Shown here: positions 42,666 to 51,644 of the stretch, one piece after another | Numbering within the stretch: the stretch's first letter is position 1 | Layout: each line of letters begins with the position of its first letter | Origin: an uncultured Candidatus Saccharibacteria bacterium | Lineage (GTDB): Bacteria; Patescibacteriota; Dojkabacteria; GCA-002793355 | Assembly (NCBI GenBank): GCA_964525295.1 | Contig: CAZGEO010000001.1 | Coordinates: 376,662 to 440,661 of the forward strand | Direction of reading: 5' to 3' | DNA: 64,000 nucleotides | Position numbers and translations under genes: made by a program | The notes under the pieces: generated by a model | Seen by the model: the letters and a program-made list of their open reading frames with translations, nothing else | Databases searched by the model: none | Told to the model about the DNA's origin: nothing

Positions 42666-45600
42666 AATTCCTCTCCTGGATTATTCACCATTATCCAATT
42701 TACTGCAACATCATTCGGAACTGGCGCAACGCTCTTAATTGAAAACTCTCCACTTCCTGCGACTACATATAGTTGTGGAACCTGCCCTGTGACCGAAGCT
42801 GGTGTAACAACAATAACACTACTCGTAGTTACCAGCGAGGATTTGACAACAACTTCAACTTCTCCAGCTAAAATAACTGCCCTACCTGCCTGCTTCTTGC
42901 TCAGTTCAAGATTATTAAATGTAGCCCCTTCCGCCGAAATCCTTGCTGATTTAACGCCCGCAACATCAATTATAAAAGATTCACCCAACGATTTTATAGT
43001 AGATAGTGACATGGTAGCTGCAGTAATCTGTCCATCGGTCAAAAGATTTCCCTCATCGTCAATAAATAACCTGTCATTCACTGCGAGCGTGCGTGTTTTT
43101 GCTACATTAAACTCAGCCGTTGTTCCAACAAACCCCGAAGCAATTGCAAAATACGGCGTTTTAATACTTGTATCGGTCAAAGTACTCCAAAGCGTTTCTG
43201 AAACACCAACTGAAGCCGTTATATTTTCAAGAAAAACAGGGATTTTTGTCACCTTCTTACCTGAGGCATTGCTTTCTATCGAATTCCAATCAACAGTCGA
43301 AGCGCTGTTCCCTATCAATATTCCAAGACTATTCGTGGTTGCATTGCCACTATTTTCACTATCGCTAAACAGTGCGACACCAACCTTCAATCGTTCCTCT
43401 GTACCGTATTGTTGAACCAGTACTTCAGCAATTCCCTGTCTTTTTATTAAGTAAGGATTCGTATCCTCATTGTATGGTTTTGCTTCATCTGCAGTTCCGA
43501 TTACAACTCCAAGTTGAGAAAATGACGCAATGTCAATACTCTTTGACACTTTTGCAATGAACTTACCAAATGCACCATCTAGAGATGAAGAGATATCTTG
43601 TATTGCCACGATCTCGCCAGCAGACAACACCTCTGAAGATTTTGCAGCAATAGCATCGGCAGGCAAAGTAAACGCCATCGATTTCTCTGGAATTGATGTA
43701 GGTGTTGCTGAAGCCAACTGTCCAGTTATTGTTTTTAATGATTGCAGGTCAGTTTGTTGAGCTTTAATTGCTTCGACTAAATATGGCGTAAATTTACCAT
43801 AATCTAGAGCCATATACCCTTTGGTATCAACACTTACCAATTCTGGCATAATCGCAAATACTTCTTGTGCTATAAACCCTGTATTGTATGAACCGTCGTT
43901 TATTTGATTATAGTGAACACCACGCAACTGCAGAATTTTCGACAAACCATCACCTATCTGTACAACATTTGTTTTATATCTTGCATCTGAATAGGTAGTC
44001 CATTGATTTGCTCGCCCACGACCAGTAACAGCGGAAGTATTCGGAAGATCAATACGATATTCGGGTGCAGTCAACCCAAGCCCCAAATATCCCTCTGAAG
44101 ATAATCTCATCCCTAATACCTGCGTTGTTCCAGAAATTGTGTAAAAGCTCATCTGAGAAGAACGGTCACTACCAGACCAATTGACAGCAGCTGAATTTAT
44201 GATACCTGTTAACTGCGAATTTATTGCAGATCCATCATAACCATACGAAATATAAGCACCCAAAGTATCTCCAGCAAGAACCGCACTTGGGCTAGAAGTG
44301 GTACCGCGATAACGATTAGTTGCGAATAATGGGCCACTTGCAGTTGTATGATTGTAATATGTAACTTTAACTCCTCTATTTTCTGTTCCATCTCCAGAGC
44401 CAAGCACCTCAACTGCAGCAGTTGGAGCTGTTGTTCCAATACCAATACTCCCAGAATTGAGAATTGTCATTCGGGCGAGATTATTTGTGCCTAAAGTTAG
44501 CGCATGGTTAGTTCTAGTCGAAATAATGCCCCCAGCAATAGAATCGTTCCAACCTGTATTATGAGCCATAATATCTAACGTAATTGCACTGGTACGTGTT
44601 GCAATACGGCTGTTTGTGGTTCCATAATTGTCGATAACACTGCTCCACCCATTTGTATTTTCGAATGAACCTGCTGAACCAAAAAAGGCATTACCTGCTA
44701 CATGCAACTTTGTACCAGGTGCACCTGTACCGATACCAACATTTCCGGAACTCTTAACAATCAATGCTTTGGTTGCATTAGGATCTCCAGGTTGTAATTG
44801 AATATCTCCTGCCACATCACTTGCACCGTAAGAATTAATCAAAAATAGGCCATTACTAACCCCACCATTGTGCGAACCATAAGTGGTGAATTGCCCACGA
44901 GAGGTATCGCTTTGGAAACTTTCAATAGTATAACCGTACCCTGAACGAACAATCGAAGTAAAAGTTGAATTCGAATTGTTATTAATTTCGAAATGCGCAC
45001 TTGGTGAAGTCGTTCCAATACCTACTTTCCCATTATAATCGATCGTCAGGCGAGCATCTGCCAAGGTTGCATTACTGTTATCATTTGTACCATCATTCAA
45101 TATATGAATTTTTCCTCTAGCTGCATTATCGCCAAGCTGTTCTTGAACAATGGCAGATTTAGCAAAAGTTGGACCACTTTCTGAATAGCCTATACCTATC
45201 CCTGAATAAACTCCGTTGCCGATAGAAGTGCCGTTGCCGAAATGAGCAATAGAATTTGTTGCCAATTTAACCTGAAATGGAAAATATGGATTCGTGGTTG
45301 CCACCCCTACGTTTCCGGTTGCACCATCGATATAAAGTCTTCCTGAACCACCAGCATCTAGCGACAAGTCAAAATCCATACCTGAATCTGCCGATCCCAT
45401 GGCTAGTATTGAACCAATTCCACCACCAGAAAAATAGAATAATGATTCCCCAAGAAGTCGAATGGTACCACTTCCGCCACCACCATAAGCGCCAACATTG
45501 AGCGTTGACGTGTTTGCACCAAGATCAAGATTGTAGCCAGGTGACGCGGTTCCAACACCGACATTTCCCTCAATTATTGCTCCATTTGTTGGTGCGTTGC

Positions 45601-47161
45601 TTGTTTGATAATTGGCTCCAACCAGTAAACCTGCATTCGATTCTACCGTAAAAACCTTACTTCCTTGACTAAATAAACTGATACCGTAATACGTTGCATT
45701 ACTGTCAATGCCGATACCTGCATTTTGAGCGCCAATCGTTGCACTAATTATCTGCGCATTATAAGTTGCTGCATTTACCGTCAGCTTTGCTGCCGGTGAA
45801 TCAGTTCCGATGCCTACATTTCCACCTGCAAGAATACGCATTCTTATCGTATCATTTGTAAGAAATGCTAGATCATGGTTACTTACACCTCGAATAAGAT
45901 TGAGAGATTCTCCAGAAGTACGGCGAGATTCGAGCCACAGTTCTGGAAAACCACCAAGATAGCCATTACCAATGCGAGTTCTCATAATCGCAGAGTTATA
46001 CGTACCTGTGGTAGAGGTATTTTCAAAAAGCAATTGCGGAATATCTGCATCGGCAGAAGTAGTTCCAGATCCACTTACATGAAGAAGTGTCGAAGGGGTT
46101 GACGTACCGATACCTACTTTTCCATTTGATTTTATCGTCAATCGCTCGACCCTATCTATTCCCGTTGTCGCAGAAGTGTAAAAAGCAATTCTCTGAGGCG
46201 CAACGTCAGGAGAAACATTTCCATCGACTAAGAAATCAATCATTGCAGTACCTTGAACTGAAGATCCGTCATAAATTGCACCAAGGAAGCTCATCACTTT
46301 ATCGTTCACAATCGGAACTGCAGGCGCTGATAGGGTTCCCCTTGATCGAACCCCCTTAAACACACCTCTATTCGTACTTGTTTCAGTATTATCGGCGACT
46401 ACTATACTAAATCCAGGGGCAGTATTTTGAGCCGATATTACTGAGTAATCGGTTGTAATTAGACTTCCTGAGATACTGTTTCCATCGGAAACATGTAACT
46501 TTCCATACGGATTTGCTGTACCTACGCCCACATTACCAGCCGAAGTTATCGTCATTCGTGCGGTATTAGAAGTCAGAAACTGCAACGCATAAGCATCTTT
46601 GGTACCTAACGTAGCAGTGGCTCCGAAAGTATTACCACTCTGTTTAAAAAATGAATTGTGCGTAAACGCAGTTCCGGTTGTTGGATCAATTAACGCTTTT
46701 GCCCACAATGCAAAAGGAACTGAAGTAATTGCTTTTCTAGTAGAAAATACCTCTTCGTATTGATGCGGAGTTCCGCCACAGTTTGCGTTTGAACTGTCAG
46801 CTGCGACATTATTTGCATCAAAACAGATCTGAAGATATAAATCTTCGTAATTTGCGAGTGTTGCTGGCAAGGCTGCGACCTCGCCAAGAGCAGTAGAAAC
46901 AACTCCAGACGTTACCGTAATTGACCTATCTTCAGACCAAACTGCACTTCCACCAGAAGAAACGTTGTACAGCAGGAAGCGAAAATTATACGTTCCATTT
47001 GCTATATTCGTTCCATCTGCAGCGACCAATTTGCTTTGAAAAGCGATTGTACTTGTTGTAGCAGCGAAAATGACTCGTGAAGTGAACAAAGAAACAAAAA
47101 ATAGGCCGATACAAACAAGAATAAAACGTATAACACGAATGTATCGGCCACCTCTCCTCAT
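42662..47161 (-). CDS. Tail-fibre-like 1499-aa surface protein. It has an N-terminal signal anchor, GNVGIGT-type fibre repeats, an internal Peptidase S74 (endosialidase chaperone / intramolecular chaperone autoprocessing) domain and a ~350-aa C-terminal extension.
   Basis: The N-terminal TM is VIRFILVCIGLFFVSLF. Recurrent NVGIGTxxPxxKLHV motifs occur. The S74 signature is TYSDARYKTNV...GFIAQEVFAIMPELVSVDTKGYMALDYGKFTPYLVEAIKAQQ. The catalytic Ser codon is at 43988-43990, which is Ser1058. Confidence 0.8.
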   Translation of the reverse strand: MRRGGRYIRVIRFILVCIGLFFVSLFTSRVIFAATTSTIAFQSKLVAADGTNIANGTYNFRFLLYNVSSGGSAVWSEDRSITVTSGVVSTALGEVAALPATLANYEDLYLQICFDANNVAADSSNANCGGTPHQYEEVFSTRKAITSVPFALWAKALIDPTTGTAFTHNSFFKQSGNTFGATATLGTKDAYALQFLTSNTARMTITSAGNVGVGTANPYGKLHVSDGNSISGSLITTDYSVISAQNTAPGFSIVVADNTETSTNRGVFKGVRSRGTLSAPAVPIVNDKVMSFLGAIYDGSSVQGTAMIDFLVDGNVSPDVAPQRIAFYTSATTGIDRVERLTIKSNGKVGIGTSTPSTLLHVSGSGTTSADADIPQLLFENTSTTGTYNSAIMRTRIGNGYLGGFPELWLESRRTSGESLNLIRGVSNHDLAFLTNDTIRMRILAGGNVGIGTDSPAAKLTVNAATYNAQIISATIGAQNAGIGIDSNATYYGISLFSQGSKVFTVESNAGLLVGANYQTSNAPTNGAIIEGNVGVGTASPGYNLDLGANTSTLNVGAYGGGGSGTIRLLGESLFYFSGGGIGSILAMGSADSGMDFDLSLDAGGSGRLYIDGATGNVGVATTNPYFPFQVKLATNSIAHFGNGTSIGNGVYSGIGIGYSESGPTFAKSAIVQEQLGDNAARGKIHILNDGTNDNSNATLADARLTIDYNGKVGIGTTSPSAHFEINNNSNSTFTSIVRSGYGYTIESFQSDTSRGQFTTYGSHNGGVSNGLFLINSYGASDVAGDIQLQPGDPNATKALIVKSSGNVGIGTGAPGTKLHVAGNAFFGSAGSFENTNGWSSVIDNYGTTNSRIATRTSAITLDIMAHNTGWNDSIAGGIISTRTNHALTLGTNNLARMTILNSGSIGIGTTAPTAAVEVLGSGDGTENRGVKVTYYNHTTASGPLFATNRYRGTTSSPSAVLAGDTLGAYISYGYDGSAINSQLTGIINSAAVNWSGSDRSSQMSFYTISGTTQVLGMRLSSEGYLGLGLTAPEYRIDLPNTSAVTGRGRANQWTTYSDARYKTNVVQIGDGLSKILQLRGVHYNQINDGSYNTGFIAQEVFAIMPELVSVDTKGYMALDYGKFTPYLVEAIKAQQTDLQSLKTITGQLASATPTSIPEKSMAFTLPADAIAAKSSEVLSAGEIVAIQDISSSLDGAFGKFIAKVSKSIDIASFSQLGVVIGTADEAKPYNEDTNPYLIKRQGIAEVLVQQYGTEERLKVGVALFSDSENSGNATTNSLGILIGNSASTVDWNSIESNASGKKVTKIPVFLENITASVGVSETLWSTLTDTSIKTPYFAIASGFVGTTAEFNVAKTRTLAVNDRLFIDDEGNLLTDGQITAATMSLSTIKSLGESFIIDVAGVKSARISAEGATFNNLELSKKQAGRAVILAGEVEVVVKSSLVTTSSVIVVTPASVTGQVPQLYVVAGSGEFSIKSVAPVPNDVAVNWIMVNNPGEEL

Positions 47162-47301
47162 TGATTAAATATACTTGAAACAGAACAGGAAAACAAGGGT
47201 TTTACATGGAAATTTCGACACTTTTCATGTACCGTGGAACACGCGACAAATCAAGCAATTCAATGTTTCACTATATTTCACAGGCGTTGCCTTTTAGAAA
47301 C

Positions 47302-47374
47302 TGCGCCCGGCGGGAATCGAACCCACAACCGACAGATTAGAAGTCTGCTGCTCTATCCGTTGAGCTACAGGCGC
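47302..47374 (-). tRNA. tRNA-Arg (anticodon TCT)
   Basis: Reverse complement reads GCGCCTGTAGCTCAACGGATAGAGCAGCAGACTTCTAATCTGTCGGTTGTGGGTTCGATTCCCGCCGGGCGCA. The anticodon loop is CT-TCT-AA. Length is 73 nt. Confidence 0.9.
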
Positions 47375-47553
47375 ATACCGAATTATAGCAATTTCAACCC
47401 ATTTCCTCAACTGCCACTCCCCCATGAAGTTACACAAAAACGGAAAGAAGATATCCCCCAAAATCCCCGAAAGTTTGTTAAAAATGTTATACGGGCGTTG
47501 AATCCAGGTCGACCGCATGGTAAAATACGACTGTTAACTTAATATGTAACGCA

Positions 47554-48195
47554 ATGGCAATAATCCCTGAAATTCCCGCAATCATACTCAATCTCCCCAT
47601 CACACTAACCATAATCGCCATCACACGATACGTAATCGGCTTCAAAACCTGGAAAACCTACCCCACACTTGCTTTAACGCTCGCACTATTCGCTATCAAT
47701 CAGGCATCACCAAACATACTCGCCTCACTTTCTGTTTGGACACTTCTCACCGTAATCATAATCGGAACCGCACTTGCAACAAGAAAAGTCTTGCAGAAAT
47801 TCACCATGAATTACTACGCAAGAATTGCAACAATGTATTTAGGAGCGACTGTAATGTCACTTATCGCACTAGTCGTGTTAAACGCACTAAACATTGGATT
47901 CTCAATTTCCAACCAATTTCTTGGCATTGGCATATTTCTCATTGGATCAACCATCGATGAACTCGCGACATTACTCTACAAAAAAGATCGCCAAGAATTT
48001 ATTAGAAGAACAGTTTCAACCCTTGCAATTTCACTAATCTGCGGGCTACTTACGATTTGGCCATGGTGGAATCGCACTATAGCTGGACATCAAGAGATCC
48101 TACTATTCGTTCTTCTTGCAGACGTTGTCGTCGCAGCCTGGAGCGCATTACGACTTACAGAATATCTCAGATTTGCCTCACTTAGCAAAAACTAG
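47554..48195 (+). CDS. Polytopic membrane protein (6-7 TM), first gene of the ATP-grasp cluster. Possibly a 7TM partner analogous to the 7TM domains paired with RimK-related ligases.
   Basis: It is 213 aa and almost entirely hydrophobic helices. Its stop TAG (48193-48195) is 1 nt before the next gene's ATG. Confidence 0.55.
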   Translation: MAIIPEIPAIILNLPITLTIIAITRYVIGFKTWKTYPTLALTLALFAINQASPNILASLSVWTLLTVIIIGTALATRKVLQKFTMNYYARIATMYLGATVMSLIALVVLNALNIGFSISNQFLGIGIFLIGSTIDELATLLYKKDRQEFIRRTVSTLAISLICGLLTIWPWWNRTIAGHQEILLFVLLADVVVAAWSALRLTEYLRFASLSKN

Positions 48196-48196
48196 C

Positions 48197-49687
48197 ATGT
48201 TTGGTATCAAAAACACTTCAGAGTTCGCTCGCGATGTACTAGGAATCAATCAACGCAATCTTTCATTTGTACACCGCTTAAACCCTATTAAATACCGCAA
48301 ATACGCAGACGACAAATTGTTAGCAAAAAAGATATTCACCAAAAAGAAACTCAAAACGCCTGATTTATTCAAGATTATTAGAACAAAAGAACAGATCGAA
48401 TACATTAATTGGGCAGCTCTTCCAAAAAGTTTTGTTATTAAGCCAAATAAAGGCACACACGGCGCAGGAATCATTGTTTTCTACGGTAAAACAAAAAACA
48501 AACTCGAATGGATCACTCCAAGCATGGAGACAATGAATGTCGAACAAATCAAGCAACACATCGCCGACATTATCGATGGAAAATATTCTATCGACGGCAA
48601 ACAAGACGTCGCATTCTTTGAAGAACGAGTTAAAAATCACGCCAGCCTTAAGCCATATTCTTACAGAGGAATTCCAGACATTCGCGTCATCGTATTCAAT
48701 TCTTTCCCTATAATGGCTGAACTGCGATTACCTACAAAAGAATCAAAAGGCACAGCAAATCTTCACGCAGGCGGAATTGGCGTTGGCATCGATATCGGCT
48801 CAGGAATTACCACAACCGCGATACACCGCAAAGGATTCGATCTTATCGGCGATCGCTACAACCTCATCGAAAACACTTTAGATGACCCAAAACTCCCCCT
48901 AAGAGGAATCAAAATTCCTTACTGGGATAAAATTCTTAACTTGTCGGTAAAATGTCAACAAGTATCGAAATTGAAGTTCGTTGGAGTCGACGTCGTTATC
49001 GATAGAGAAAAAGGACCAATGATTCTAGAATTGAATGCTCGACCAGGACTAGCAATCCAAATCGCGAATCAAGAAGGATTACTTGGCAGAATCACGCAAG
49101 TTCAAAAATACAAGAAAAACAAAACAATAGAACAGTACGTTTCGCTTGCAAAGCACCATTTCGGTGGTGAAATTGAAGAACAAGTGGAATCAATGACAGG
49201 GCGCGAAATCATCGGATTAATCGAAAAAGCTACAATTACCCCATCTCAAAGCGTAATTGATCAGAAAAACAACAAAAAAAAGAATGCCAAAGAAACGGTT
49301 AAAGCAAAAGTAGATACAGGTGCCCTTAAATCGGCAATTGATTACAACCTCGCTGTTGGACTTGGTTACTCAGAGTTGATAAAGATCCAAGATATCATCA
49401 TGAAGAGATATGAATCGCTTGATGCAGCTCATGAAGTTCGTGAAGTTTACGATGAAAAGGTTAGAAAACACGAATTCGAAACAATAAAAGATTTCGTTGT
49501 AGTGAAATCAACAAACGGTTTCACCGTTCGAGCAGTCATCGAAGCAACTATTGCCATAGGTTCGGTAACCAAATCGTATCGACTCAACGTAAGCGACCGC
49601 TCCGACCTACTATACCCTATAATTATTGGGCGCAAAGACTTAAAAGAATTTTTGGTTGATGCCACAAAAGCATTCACCATGAGATAA
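48197..49687 (+). CDS. ATP-grasp (alpha-L-glutamate ligase/RimK-related) enzyme fused to a C-terminal retropepsin-like 'putative ATP-dependent zinc protease' domain (PF05618-type, DTGA motif)
   Basis: The N-terminal ATP-grasp region reads ...FVIKPNKGTHGAGIIVFYGK.... The C-terminal region has KAKVDTGALKSAI and ...YRLNVSDRSDLLYPIIIGRKDLKEFLVD, matching the clan-AA-like RimK-associated domain. The start is moved to the internal Met (MFGIKNTS), which abuts the upstream gene's stop. Confidence 0.7.
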   Translation: MFGIKNTSEFARDVLGINQRNLSFVHRLNPIKYRKYADDKLLAKKIFTKKKLKTPDLFKIIRTKEQIEYINWAALPKSFVIKPNKGTHGAGIIVFYGKTKNKLEWITPSMETMNVEQIKQHIADIIDGKYSIDGKQDVAFFEERVKNHASLKPYSYRGIPDIRVIVFNSFPIMAELRLPTKESKGTANLHAGGIGVGIDIGSGITTTAIHRKGFDLIGDRYNLIENTLDDPKLPLRGIKIPYWDKILNLSVKCQQVSKLKFVGVDVVIDREKGPMILELNARPGLAIQIANQEGLLGRITQVQKYKKNKTIEQYVSLAKHHFGGEIEEQVESMTGREIIGLIEKATITPSQSVIDQKNNKKKNAKETVKAKVDTGALKSAIDYNLAVGLGYSELIKIQDIIMKRYESLDAAHEVREVYDEKVRKHEFETIKDFVVVKSTNGFTVRAVIEATIAIGSVTKSYRLNVSDRSDLLYPIIIGRKDLKEFLVDATKAFTMR

Positions 49688-49706
49688 TATTTTACGTACC
49701 TTAGCA

Positions 49707-50612
49707 ATGAAGAAAAAGATTGCCATATTAATCCAAAAAGGATTCAAAAACAAGTTCGAGCCCCAGAATCTCGTTTCTACTTTCAATACTGCCGGATATC
49801 AAGCAGATATCATCACCATCGAGGATGTCTATGCCCTATATAACGAGAACGGCGATCAATTTTTTCACAGTGAATACGGTGACCTAAGAAACTATGACGT
49901 ACTACTTGTACGGGAAGTATTTGCTTACTTCAAATACGCACTAAACATCATTTCTTACATGAATAACCTCGGCAAAGTCGTCATTGACAACAATCTCTCG
50001 AGCGAAAAGATGATGATTAATAAACTGATCGACGGCCAACGAATCGTTCAGGCAAAATTACCTTTTCCACGAACCTATCATGCACACACACTCGCAAATT
50101 ATCTTAAATTGCTTCCTCAAATCGAAAAAGAATGCGGATTCCCATTAGTTATTAAGCATCGTTCAAGTGGAAAAGGCGCAAAAATCTATAAAGTCGAAGA
50201 CAGACTTGACCTAGAAAATCTTCTCAACGATCTTAATGAAGATAACAAACTTGGTAGATTTTATATTCAAGAATACCTTCCACTCAAGGCTGATTACCGC
50301 ATTCTCGTAGTTGCCGATCAGGTAGTTGGAGCTATGCTTCGCATACCTAAAAAAGGCGATTTTAGAGCGAATTTCTCGCTTGGCGGTTCCGTTAAACCTG
50401 CTGAACTAACCGCAGAAATGAAAGACCTTGCAGAAAAGGCAGCCAAAGCAACAAACGCAAACTTCGCTGGCGTTGATATCGTTTACACTCAAGACAACAA
50501 ACCATACCTCCTAGAAGTAAACCGAACACCCGGATTCCAGGGCTTTACACAAGCACACGGCATTGACGTCGCAAAAATCTTTGTTGATTATGTTGAAAAA
50601 CTGCTACAATAA
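49707..50612 (+). CDS. RimK-type ATP-grasp ligase (alpha-L-glutamate ligase family)
   Basis: ...RILVVADQVVGAMLRIPKKGDFRANFSLGGSVKPAELTAEMKDLAEKAAKATNANFAGVDIV...LLEVNRTPGFQGF matches RimK/ribosomal protein S6 glutamyl ligase motifs. Confidence 0.8.
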   Translation: MKKKIAILIQKGFKNKFEPQNLVSTFNTAGYQADIITIEDVYALYNENGDQFFHSEYGDLRNYDVLLVREVFAYFKYALNIISYMNNLGKVVIDNNLSSEKMMINKLIDGQRIVQAKLPFPRTYHAHTLANYLKLLPQIEKECGFPLVIKHRSSGKGAKIYKVEDRLDLENLLNDLNEDNKLGRFYIQEYLPLKADYRILVVADQVVGAMLRIPKKGDFRANFSLGGSVKPAELTAEMKDLAEKAAKATNANFAGVDIVYTQDNKPYLLEVNRTPGFQGFTQAHGIDVAKIFVDYVEKLLQ

Positions 50613-50615
50613 GAG

Positions 50616-51644
50616 ATGAAAATTGCAATCATAGGGATGAATCCCTACTACGAAAGCGACAGAATTCTTTACGAAGCATTAAAAGCTGGTCACGAGGCCG
50701 TATACCTTTCAAAGCGCAACATCATTGAAACAAATTTTTTCAACGATGGAAAATTCGGCGCATACTTTCAAATTCCGAAAAAAGAAGAACAGTACAACGC
50801 AATTGAAAATCTCAAAGAACTTGAACCTTTAATTATCAATCCCGGTACAGAATATCAACCCACAACAGAAAAACGTGGTTTTCTTGGTAACAAAAAAGAA
50901 AAGATAAAAGACCTATATGATATCAACTATTTCGACGCTTTTCTCTTCAGAGAAATCTCAAAAACACTTGAGTGGGCAACAATACTCGCCAACCACCTAC
51001 TATCCCATAAGAAAACAGTAATCGATCAGAAAATTGGTTCAGAAATGTATTATAAGTCAAAGCATGGAACCTTCTACAAGGCGACGAGCAATGATTTTCC
51101 TTACGCAAAAACGTTCGCCATTACCTCAAAGGCGTCACTATTAACCATGCTTGAGCATATTAGCTACCCATTAATAGTGAAGGTATCCGAAAGTTCGAAA
51201 GGACTAGGTGTCTACAAATGTGAATCGAAGAGCGCTGTCTTACACCTTCTCGAAGAAGAAGAACTGAAAGTTGGTGACTTACTATTTCAAGAATGCGTCG
51301 ATTACCGCGGAGACATAAGGGTTTTTGTTATAGGTAATAAAGTTCTCGGAGCAATGCGTCGCGAACCACAAGCAGGCCAATGGAAAGGAAATGTCGCGCA
51401 AGGAGCATCTGCATACCCTGTAGACATTGATGACTCGATAAAAAAACTTGCCCTTGACATCGTAAAGTTACAAAACTCAGAGTTAATCGGTGTTGATATT
51501 ATGCTCCCCAAAAGTGGTCCTGTAATAATTGAGACTAACAGAGCCCCACAATTCAAAGGCTTTGAAACTTCAACCGGCATAAACGTTGCGAAAGAGATCG
51601 TAACCTATCTTGAACAAAAACATGCCCAAATTTCACGAACTTAA
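50616..51644 (+). CDS. Second RimK-type ATP-grasp ligase
   Basis: ...IRVFVIGNKVLGAMRREPQAGQWKGNVAQGASAYPVDIDD...GVDIMLPKSGPVIIETNRAPQFKGF is paralogous to the upstream gene. It sits 3 nt after the upstream gene's stop. Confidence 0.75.
   Translation: MKIAIIGMNPYYESDRILYEALKAGHEAVYLSKRNIIETNFFNDGKFGAYFQIPKKEEQYNAIENLKELEPLIINPGTEYQPTTEKRGFLGNKKEKIKDLYDINYFDAFLFREISKTLEWATILANHLLSHKKTVIDQKIGSEMYYKSKHGTFYKATSNDFPYAKTFAITSKASLLTMLEHISYPLIVKVSESSKGLGVYKCESKSAVLHLLEEEELKVGDLLFQECVDYRGDIRVFVIGNKVLGAMRREPQAGQWKGNVAQGASAYPVDIDDSIKKLALDIVKLQNSELIGVDIMLPKSGPVIIETNRAPQFKGFETSTGINVAKEIVTYLEQKHAQISRT

Noticed and set aside
42645-43760. Plus-strand ORFs 42645-43415 and 43530-43760
   Set aside because: They are antisense to the 1499-aa tail-fibre-like gene and have low-complexity Ser/Thr/Ala-rich translations typical of shadow frames.
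47234-47542. ORFs 47234-47542 (+) and 47294-47518 (-)
   Set aside because: They overlap tRNA-Arg(TCT) and its flanks and have no coding signal.
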